Assembly: GCA_965649765.1 (NCBI GenBank)
Contig: OZ287750.1
Coordinates: forward strand, 47,864,001-47,928,000
Direction: 5' to 3'
DNA length: 64,000 nt
Source: Bispira polyomma
Taxonomy: Eukaryota
Numbering within the stretch: position 1 is the stretch's first letter; the number at the start of each line of letters is the position of its first letter. Below, one piece after another: positions 24,901-36,900 of this stretch. Both the position numbers and the translations under genes were made by a program. Under the pieces are notes generated by a model. The model saw only the letters and a program-made list of their open reading frames with translations. It made no database searches and was not told where the DNA came from.

Positions 24901-27900
24901 CGGCATCGAGGAAACCAGGGGTGAAACTAAATAAGTGCCCTTTTCAAGGGACGCTTAATTATTATAAGGCCTATTATTACCAGGGTAAAAATAACATATA
25001 TTGATTTTTCTTACTCCCAGGTATTTTTTTTCTTGCACACTGTCATTATATATGAGTAGATTATAAAAGTGTTACTTTAAATATGATAAACAATTAGCTT
25101 TTTAGTAATTGTTTAGTGCAGGTACAACAAATGAAACATAATTTCTTTAAAATGAACAACCAGTATATATCTTGAGGTATGCGTTATTTCAGGTCTCTAT
25201 TTGTTTTGGAAGAAACAGGTATATGTCTTTAGGCATGTGTTATGTTCTCCTGTAGCTTTCGCTTTGGTTTTTCAAAAACAGACACAAAGAACATTAAAGA
25301 CTACAACAAGGTTCATGCAAATACAGGATAGGTTACTACACAGTACTACACTATCAGTAAACAACAGCATCTGGTATTATATATTTTAAAGTTTTAAAAC
25401 ACCCAATCAGGGGCCGTATTCAAGAAAGGTCTTAGCCAGGGCTTAGTCTTAAATCTAGCACAAAAGTATACTGATTTAAGCCTAAGACTGGGCTAAGTCC
25501 CTTCGTGAATACGGCCCCAGGAGTCATGCAAGAAAATGTATCAAAATATTAAACAGTAATATTAAAATTAAATTTATTAGTATAAATGAGTAGACTGTTG
25601 TGACAAAGTATTATTATGTTTTCATGAAACTCAATCTTATTTGTAAGTTAGTTTCAGTTGATACCCTTTGTAAAATTGGTTAGTGTACACCTCAATTTTC
25701 AAAAGACAAAAAAATTATTTCTTTTATAAGAAAATTTTTTTTTCTTCAAAATTTATCCAAAGAAAACTGTAATTTGACGATTTAAATAAAAGAAAATGAT
25801 AAACCATGCTAAACAAAAAAGACCCCCCATGAGTGTGGGTTTGAGTTGAGCCCCTCACAGAAATACACCCTAGACAAAGCCAGCACATGAGTACGATTAT
25901 ACAGAGGTCCTGTCCTTGTACACAGACTTGCACACAATAACTCTGTCTATATATATAGATACCTATATGCTTGGGTAGTACACCCTGGGAGATGACCCCT
26001 GGAGGTCCAGGCACTGCAAAGCTCTTGAGAGGGTTGCCTGTCCTGGGCATTGAGAGCGTCTTGCTGGAGTCAGTGGGAGACTGAGCTGTGGCTGTCAATG
26101 GAGGCTGCTGCTGTTGCTGTAGGGAGGGCTGGGGTGATGGGGACTGCTGCTGTAGATGTAACTGCTCATAAGGGATAGGGATATGCTGGTTACTATAGGC
26201 AGGAGACTCGAGTGGGGACTGGGCACCTGTAGAGATAAAATGTGAGTGAAAAAACAGGTTACAATAAATTTTAAAGATTGTGTACAAAGTACTGGTTTGG
26301 AGAAACGATTAGGTTTTTATTGGGGATTTGTGTATACTTTTACTTGTGTCAGAAAACAAGGGCAACAGTTACAGATATAACACATATCTTTATATTTAGG
26401 TAATTTTTAGGATGCAATAATCATATGGGTAAAGTATAGGTTTGACTAAAGATACAAATTTCTGTAGAATTTAAAATATATTTAGCTACAATAAGAATAA
26501 GATTAATCACAATTTTATTGTTAATTTTCCTGCCTTTCTATTAAGTATCGAACAAGTATCATTGGTGTTCTTTCAAAACTAAGAATTTCCATCAACATTT
26601 TTTTTCTAAGCCATTACAAATTTATATATATATAGAAATCAACTTGTCAGATGGACAGAACCACAGAGATAGAAAATTTCTGATAATTTTTTGAAAAATT
26701 CTTGATGCAATATCTGGCACAAATAACACTAAGCAGGGCATACACAGAAGAACCTCTATGATCCAAACTAATTAGGTTTTTGTGAACCCACCCCCCCCAC
26801 CCCCTCCTCGCTGTTATCTAAATATTCAATTTGATGAACTCATGTTTACTCTTCCAAATTTCTGTTTTCCTGTTGTTTTATTAAAACCTTGTTTGTAAAC
26901 TAAAGATTCCTCCACCTTTGAAATAAAACAGGAAATCATTTGGTACTCAAATGACTCATTAGCTAACCTATCCAAGACTATGGTACATTGTATTGGATTT
27001 TTATATCATTTTAAACGGTCAAACTATCGAAATGTATCCTTAAAGAATCTAGATAACATATGATATGCTCCTACTGTATATCTAGTTCAGCAGGGTACTG
27101 AACAGCAGTTTTAACAGAAATAACCTAAAATTTACTATCAAACAACAGGAAAATGATACTTTGCCTGGATACCGGTCTATTATCTGAGACCATCAAACTG
27201 ATATTCTGATCTTTGGTTAAGGCTTTACTAAAGGGAAGTTGTACTCCAACAAGTTCTGTAATATTTGGTAACTAGTGTGTAATTCTTGGGGTTTTAACAT
27301 TTATTGATTTACACAGTTGAACCCATTTAAGTAAAACTGTGTTACGTTAATTTCCCTTGAATGTAGAGAAACATCTATAGTCCCACAAAGGCCATCTTTT
27401 AAAAAAAAATTCACCCTGCTAAATGAAAATGGTTTAAAAAGAGACATTTCTCGTGGTCCCTTGAGATTTGACTTAAAGGGCTACAACTGTATATACATGA
27501 TATATAGTAACATCACTTTATCACAGTAGATATATAAGTTGTAGATATCACAAAAGACAACAAAGGGCTGTAAACAAAGAAAGAATAGCGACCAGCAACA
27601 TGACAACAAACACTGGCAAGGTACTTTAAGCAAATGCAGTGTTAAAGGCAGAAAAATGTAGTGCGTGTATTAAATATACATGAGAATCAGGACAACCAGT
27701 CATCCACCTGTTAGCCCAGGCGTACTGCCATGCTTTTTCAGCTGATCAAAATGAGCCTTGGGACGCTGTCGCTCCAAAGTTGATGAATAACAACTTTCTG
27801 CAATAGGATTAATTGTCCAACTTTAACAATTTTCAAATCAAGTTCTTAAGACTGTGTGTACATTTTCTACTTAGCACTAAAAATAATGCCACTATTGCAT

Positions 27901-30900
27901 CACTACTCCTATTAAAAGAAAATTACAATTTACAATATGGTTACCAGTGCAAATGCAACAAAAGCAGCCCTAAAGCAGTAGCTTTATTATACAAAGAAAT
28001 GTTGCAGCCGTATTTTGTGCTAAGAAGCAACTGATACAAAAACACTTTAATTTATACATGATCTTAAGATATAGTCTGAAATTGGCATGAGATGTTGCTT
28101 ATTATCAATTTAATACAACTTGTCACAAAAATATTAACTGATAACCTGCGACTTGTGCTTGTATTTAACTGAGTACATTGTACAGTAGAAAACCTCTGTT
28201 ATCTGAGCTTCTATTTCATTAAATATTTGATCTTATGAACTCATTTTCACAAATTTTGGGTTTTCCTATGTTTATGAACCTTCTGAGATCTAAACACAAT
28301 CTTGCCCTCTCTCAACATGTTTGGATAATAGAAGTTCTTATGTATACAATTTTATTTTTTTGAGGTATATACAGAGAAAAAAATATTACTTCACACAGCA
28401 AAAATGCAGCAGTAACAATGGACCAGCATTTGAACCTCACACATTCACACACACTCGTACAGCTTTCGGGGCTTTACCTGAACTTGGCTGTGAGAAGTCT
28501 CCTGCATTGACCCGAGGGGTACTGGTGTAGTGTGAGTTGTACTGTGTACGTGGGTATATAGGGCGGATAGGGGTAGGGTGTCCCACCCCAGAGTGGTCAT
28601 CCTCCTCCTCATCACTAACCATCAGCTGACCGTTGGGGATTGCTGTCGCTATGGCTGCAAATAGGTTGTAGCAACCATACACACTCACACGCCTCAAGGT
28701 GGATTTTAAAATGTCGCAGTTTTATTTTGTTTCTTTTTTTTTACAAAGTTTTTTCAGGGTAATTTATCAAAGAAGCACAGAATATGTTTTACAGAAAACA
28801 TGTACATATACACACACTGACTAGCATACAGTTCTAAAGATAAGGACATTGGTTTGATCAAAAAAATACAGAAACACAGCCACAAATTTTCTACAAATTT
28901 TTTATGTAGGAATTTTACTTAATTTAATACAGAAGAATCTAATATAAAACACAAGGGTAATTTGTTTTTCTGACATCAAAAAAGAGGTGAAAAGCCTGAT
29001 AAAAACAAAGCGTCCTATGATCATGCACAATGTAATCATTTCTGATACGGCACACAATTTTTAACTTTCAAATCATGCTAGCTACAAGGCTTTATTTTGG
29101 CTGTAAGGAAGAAGTTAAGACTGTCACAATTCCCAAAAGATAACAACTGTTTATTTCCAGCCTGGTTTTCATTGTGGTATTAAATATAATTTTCTTTTTT
29201 CCTGCTATCTTATCTTGTTTACATAAGATTCTTCTGTGTAATGGTCTTTATCACCCACAAAAAAGTAAAGGTGATAATAAAATGGCTGTTAATTACTGTA
29301 ATTTTCATCAAATACATTTTTTTTAAAAGTTTTCCCAACATCCTTTTTTAAGCGCTATATGACAACAGTTATTTCAAAAACATAAAAACAGTCTAAAATT
29401 TTCTTCTATTTCAAAGGTTCCCCATATTACAGAAAAGCTAAAACTCATGTTAATCTCAACAAAATCAAAACAAACTTTCAGCAAGCAATGTACAAAGCAA
29501 ATCAAAAAAATCAATTTGACCACTAATCTTGTAAAAGTTACAGTCAATGAATATAGATGATAGTAAACAACATAGATGAAATTCAGGGTTTTTACGAAGA
29601 ATCTTAAGCTGCATAGAACAACAAACCAGGAAACAAACTGGATGAAATAAACTGATTTCTTTGTCTTCATACAAGGTTAGAATGTCATTGTGAAGCAAAA
29701 ATTACTGGTCACAACACAAATAATTTCTTCATCAATAAATAAGTAATATATGGTACTTTAAATGACCCATTTAGTAAATAAATACTGACAATTTTGTTAC
29801 CCATTTAGTATGAAGACAAAAGAAAGTGGGGGTGAAAAAACACAAGAAGTAAAAGATGTAACGACAAGCCATCAGTATATTTGTAACCAAAGTCAAACAA
29901 GTGCTTCTATGACGTGACCGACTGCGGATCACATATAGTTGGAGTCAATACACAGAGGCGAGACTTACGTTCCCTGGGTGGGGGCGGTTGCTCCACAGAT
30001 ATCATGATGGGCTTAGAACGTACTGGGGTACGATGATAACGCTCAGTATCTCGGGAGTCATAGCTACGGTCGCCTACAGGAATACAACAAACAAACACAA
30101 AAAACACAAACTAAAATAAAGCATGAAACAGTGTAAGCCTTCCCTAAACAAAACAAAAGAGCATTGGAGATGCCAAAACCCCCACAGCTTTTGGGTTGAA
30201 ATCAGGGGCTGTATTCAAAGATTCTTATCCTTAGAATTACTCTTATTTTAGGAATTTTTTTTAATCTAAGAATTTCCTTAGACAAATTCTAAGAATAATT
30301 TTTTTTTTTTACATTTGTTGCTTTCTTAATGTTTTATTTTTTCGAAGAATTACTACCCACAAAGGTGTTAATTTGGGTTCCATTCTTAGATTTCAGCCTT
30401 ATTTAATTTTTTTACTTAAGAAAGTCGCAGAATACAAATAAAATAAATTTGCAAATTGTTATTCTTAGAATTTTACAAATGTCTTATTCTAAAAAAAAAT
30501 CTTAAAAAAATTCTCAATTCTAACAATAAGAATCTTTGTGAATACGGCCCCAGACCAAGAAATTCTAAAGCCACACCCCTAAGGACCAAATAGGAACATC
30601 CTCAGCTTCAAAGTTATAGAGAACTAACCCGGACAAACTTTGGCAGTCACCGCCCCCAGACACCCAGGTGAAAACATAGGGTGCAACAATAAATCCATCT
30701 AACCCCCCCCCCCCCCACCCCCAGGTGAAAACAATACTACTGTAGCCTATATATAGGCTGTGGGGTTAAAGACAAGACGGTGTAACAGTAAATCCATCTA
30801 CACCCCTCCCCCCACCCCCCTCACACACCCTTAAAAGTCTAGGTTAGCCTGGGCGGGAAAGAGTTTCTGTTACACTGGCTTTCCTGGATAAGCTTGGACC

Positions 30901-33900
30901 TACATGAAATGAAAAGTCACAACAGTTATATCTAACTATATAACACAAACATGACCAAAACATACATACTGAGTCTATTCGATAGAAGAACAATTACTGC
31001 TACCTGAGATAAAAACTATATTTGATAACAAGTCAAACTTAAAGAAACAAGAACAAAGCAGAGACTATGGTTTTACAGCTTAGAACTAATAAAACTAGAC
31101 GTACAATATAACTTACAGCTAATATATATTAAGATACAAGAAGTTATGTATAAAAAATGTCATACAAGAAATAGTGATAGAGAGTCACCTATATTGCATT
31201 TACGATTGTTTTAAAATGTTATAGATACATTCAAAACGCCTGGATTAAAACATACTCTGAAGGATATATATTTGTACGGTTGGTATATTATAACTTTGTC
31301 AGTTTTGGCTGAATAAGCAATACAATACTACAATACACCACAAAGTGAAGACAAACAATTGAAGCGGAAATTAAACAATAATGTTGATTTTATATTTCCT
31401 ACAAAAATTAAATTGATACAGTAAAAGGTAAATCCTATTGCTATATACTAAGTACAGTAGAATTTCTATTATCTAAAATTCTGTTGTATGAATAATCAAT
31501 TTATCAATATAATATTTAATTTATAAACACAACTTCACTTTTCCAAATTTACATTTTCCAATTGTTTCGTACTAAAATGTGCCTTCTATTTTATGAACCA
31601 TTTTTTATCCGACCAAAGCTTTGCTCTCCCAAAATATTCGCATAATAGAGATTCTACTGCCTAATACAAGTGGTATTTATAGGGATATATATAAAATAAA
31701 TTTACTGACACTTCTACAACTGTAAAAAGGGGTAAGCTAACTATACCAATAATCTATCACAAATTAATCACAACTTTGTATAAGTATATACTGGAATATA
31801 ATTTGGACACTATTTTTAAGGTCAAGATTCTCTAAGATCAGAGGTCAAATACCACGTCACATCTATAGCCCAAACATGGGTGTCTGTCGATTGACAAGAG
31901 GAGTTAATGAGATATAGTGCACCCAAAGTTGAACCTTGATTGAAGGTCAAATAAAGATCACACCATTATATTGCACATTTGCACACCTTTAATGAATAAG
32001 TGTAGCAAATATAGAATATCTGTGACTTGTAGAATTTTAATTTATAATTTACCCCCTTTATTTGAATAAAATTTGAATGCCCTGGATAAGTAGCTAGCAA
32101 GGTATAGTCTGTACCTTAGGTTGAAGGTGATAGTAATAACTTAAAGGTTAAAGGGAGGTCAAACAATGACACTGCACAACTGTACTCTTGAATATATATA
32201 TGAGGCAAACAGAGATCAAGTCTGGACAAGCAAGATGGCCAACCACCCTCCTTACAGGGGGACTGACAATATCAAAACAGTCATTGATGGTAAATAGAAG
32301 TTGTGGATTGGTAAATGTCACAATTTGTCAATTTTCCTTTTAAAACTGAAATGTACCATTCAAAATTTTCATTTTACAAATATATGTACTGATAATTTAA
32401 CATAATTACAGCAATATAAATATCTTATCGGTCTTGCTGAAATCTAAAATTATGTTAATAATCAGTGGGTGTTAGTGATTAATGTGTGGGTTTGGGTATT
32501 TGCTAACGAGTATGGAGCACATACACAAACACAGAGTGCCCAAATACCTGGAAAGTATGGTGCCCTTCTTAATGTGCTGCTTTGTGACACGCCTGTTTGT
32601 TATAAATAAAAAGTCCAAGCCAACATATTAACCTCTGAATATTGAGCCAACTACCTTTACACACTTTTTACCATCACTTAATAACACGAAAATATATCCA
32701 TTAGATATCATTACAGGGAAGTTTTGTAGCAGCGAAACAAATCAAAGCAATACATGTGTTAAATGAAAGGGGACTTCACAACACAAAGCAATTTTACTGA
32801 AAAATTCATGTACAAGATCTCAGTCATAAAGGTCACTACATTAAGTAGGCTCCTATTCCATTTAAACTATCAACTCTCATTTTATTATTTTACACTAATC
32901 CTCTATTGGTGCACAAGTTCCTGTTTCCTAACCACTGATCTCAATTAGAAAAAGCAACACCACAACAGAGAATTTACAAAGCAACAGCTGCTTGTGCAAA
33001 ACAAGAAAAAAAAAAGAAAAATGTGCAAGAAAACTTGTGTTGAGCAATTCCTTTTTTCGTTCTTTAAATTTTAAATGAGTAAAAACAGAAAACTAAAAGT
33101 GAAGCAAAGCGATGAAAGCGCACACACTTACTAATAAAAGAATTTCTTCTTTTGTCCATGTCCATACCTGAGTAGTCTGTGTTTAAAGGCTTCATTTCCT
33201 CTGGCACTTGCATCCCGTCCGGGTTGTTTTTATCAATGCTTTTGAGCTCCACCTGTTCGTGATGAATCCATAGATCGGGAGGTTTCAGGACATTTACACT
33301 GGGCTTTGTGTTGGCCTGCACGTAGCTTCTGCTTGGGGTGAAAAAGCAAAACAATGTACTATTTATTGTTTTTTATTATGATTTTTTTAATGCACTTCAT
33401 TGATGCTAGGCATCTTTTAAAGTACAACAGCAGAATAATTAACCCAATCATAAGGATTTATAGACTTTTGTAGTCTATTGTATTTACAATGTACTATTTG
33501 GAGGGGTCAGGACAAGCTCTGACAATAAAAAACAGCTGTCAACTTGTATAAAAGACAATCTTTATTAGGTAACCACCTGGTTATAGATACGTTGTTATCT
33601 AAGAATGACCAGTATATACAGACCATATGTATTAAGTAACCACTATAGAGGTCTGCTTTCAACATATTCTTTGCTATGGCTTTTTGTATAGCCTCGCCTG
33701 TTTTATATATAGACCACGCAACTACACACACCATCGCAAGACCTTCCCATGAGAGGGTGTGTGTGTCTTTAGTAATATAATGTACTACACATCTTATTTT
33801 TACTACCAATGTATTACTATTGTGATTTAAACGAAAAAAAAAAGAAAATCTATTCAACACATGACCGCTCATACATAACATATCCTGTGCAGCTATTGAC

Positions 33901-36900
33901 AGTCTTTCTAAATCCAAGACTACATAAACCCATACATGGCATAAACAAAGTGTACAACATACAATATGAAGTTACTAACACTGACCCTTTCCTGATGTTT
34001 TCATTCCTCCTTCTGCGACACATGATAAAAGACACTACGGCCACAGCAATCACAGTCACTCCAGCCACACAAGCTATACTGATGTACAGAATGAGGGGTG
34101 GGAAGCTGTTCTTCTTTGAGGAGGCTTCTGTATAATAAACAACAAATACCATTGAGTGCATAGTTGTGGGCATTAAGTTTGGGTTTGATGTCACTTTCAA
34201 CACGTCATGCATCATATTACAACAGCCAGTTCACAGATAGAGGAAACCAGAGCAGTGGAGGTTGGTTAAGGTTTCCTACACTGCAAACCACTTCCCTTCA
34301 GCAAGTCTACTGCCAAGCTCCCCACATACAGGCCAGGGCCGAGATTCAAACTCAACGTGGCAGAGATGCGAGGTGAATGTATTACCACAACACTACCGAG
34401 GCTTCGGATGAAAGTGCACAGCAAAATTTGTTCAATTCTACCCCTAATTTCTGGTAATACATAAAATGATACATAGAAATATAGGTTGTGGTGAAAAAAC
34501 CAAAGGATTCACTGCATTTTCTGACTGATGTTCTTCCTTTCTTGGTTTGGCTTAGTGCATATTCTGGCTTACAGAAAGGGGGGGGGGGTTCTTCCTCAAA
34601 TAAACCAACCTTCTTTTTTCTGCTTTTCTTCTTCTTTCAAATCTTTTTCTCTGTCTTCAAAGTATTTGTCAATATCAAAATCTTTATTTTTATGTGTACC
34701 GTCTGAAAACCATAAATACAACAAAATGAAATCAACGGACCATCACTACAAATACATGGCTTATTTTTATGACCTAATATATCTGCACACATAATCATAC
34801 TAGGATAAGAAGCTTTATACTAGAAGAAAATATAGCATCCATTTGTGTAAAAGATGTCAAATCGAATAGCAACCCTTCTTTAATTTTAAACTACAGGAAA
34901 TCAAAAGCAAAAACACGTAAAAAAATAATAATATGCAGAATCCCATTAAATTTCACCATATCCACATTGTAACAATATTATGGGCTGCGTTATTAATAAC
35001 AAAATTTTAGTCAAACTGTTGGGAATGGCCATATTCTGTTTACAGTTATGACTCATGTACACTTTTGTGAATGTTGTACGTATCGCCAGACACTTAGGCT
35101 GGGAACTGAACAAACTGATTGTCACCTGAATAAGGGTTTTAAATAAAACATTTGATCACAACACTACTTATGCTTGATTTTGTTCCTTGATTTCCATGAC
35201 ACTACCATGTTCAAATGAATGAAGATTTGCTTAAATTTCACCTAATTGCCACATACTTTGACAGAAGTACCAAATTTCACATACAGATACACAAATAATA
35301 TAACCTCCACGTTTAGTAATAGGACATGGTCAAGACATGTACTTAACAATTAATTAGTTAAACATTACCTAAACTTCTATTTGCTGTATGTTACACACTG
35401 ACTATATAGGGACACTATTCGTACTTACCCCTGGGGTAACCATTTGTCACTGTGCCATAGTCTGTAGGTATTGCTACACGTCCACCACCATTTCCCTCGC
35501 CTAAAGATAGGATATAACATACACTACTGTAAGGCAGGATTTAGCAACTAAACAAGAACCGGATCAGAAACTGTACCTCTGCAGACATTCAAACCCACTG
35601 CAAGACAAACTCTGTGTAGTCCTATTTTCCTTTGTATACATAGGTGAATTTTTATTTTGACTTTTTAATACAATATAACGCATGGTGAACTAATGGATTA
35701 GATTGTATTGAATAATAGTGAGATAATATGAGAGAAGTTTCGCTTTGTAACACCCACAATGTTATGATGCCTGGCCCTTGTTTCTCAGAGCTCTACTAAA
35801 TACTACTAATTTTAAATATCCTACCATTGCAATTTAAATTTAGTTGGGTTTTAGAAGTCACTTTCAACAGCTTAAGTCATATCATAGTGGCCAGAATTAA
35901 TGGTGAAGGAAACAAGTGCTGAAGCACTGTTAACTATTGACATATGTCACAGAGGCCTTTCCTACTAAGTAGTGTAGTCGGTCTTTACCAGTTTTGTAAT
36001 GTATGTCACAGTAATCTATGACATTCAGTAATTACTGTAAAGTTACTGTATTTAGTGACAGAAACTTGTTTTACTGGGCACTATATTACTATTAACTACA
36101 GATACTACGGAGTACAAGGTCAGTATTTTATTACCCACTCGGCCAGGAAGTACACTGTTTTGACGGCCAATATAAAGCGGGATATCAAATGTGTTGTACT
36201 ACCAGGTGCACCATATTAAGCATTAACTTCAAAATAAACAAAGGCACATGTTTGTAGTTTATAACATAATGGATACTTAATGTCATGATTTTTTAGTACT
36301 TTTTGGTTTTAAGTTAATTCTTTAAGGTACAAATTCTATATATTTGGCTTTCAGATTTACATTGTGATGTCATAATGGAGGGTTTAGAAAACATAAACAA
36401 AGCGTAGATCTGTGTAAGATCACAGTACTTAGTAGGCATGTATACTCATACTGTATGGTATATTCTTCTCTTTTCATATACTTTTTTAATATATTTGTCA
36501 CTGGTGTGGGCATAGTTTTACTATTGTAACGTGAAGAACACACTTACTATTAGGAGTGCGGTAGAGAACAGTTGGGGATACTGGTCCCATGCCCTGCTTA
36601 TTACGGGCCTGTACTTTAAAGAAGTAGGTGGTCTCTGGGGTCAAATCTCTGATGGTTGTAGAGAGCCTCTCGCCACCCACCACACCATCTACCACCCACT
36701 CCCTGTCACGTTGTGACCCATCAGTCGTATACAGCACCACATAACCTAGTGTGGGAGGACACAGATAAAACACATACACCTTAAAATGACTCGTTCTTAG
36801 TGTTTCAACTGGGTTGTCATATATTAGCACAAAAAAAATATCAATAGTTCAAAGCAAGTAAGGTAATGTGAGGGCATGAATAACTTCATTTTTAGTGAAA

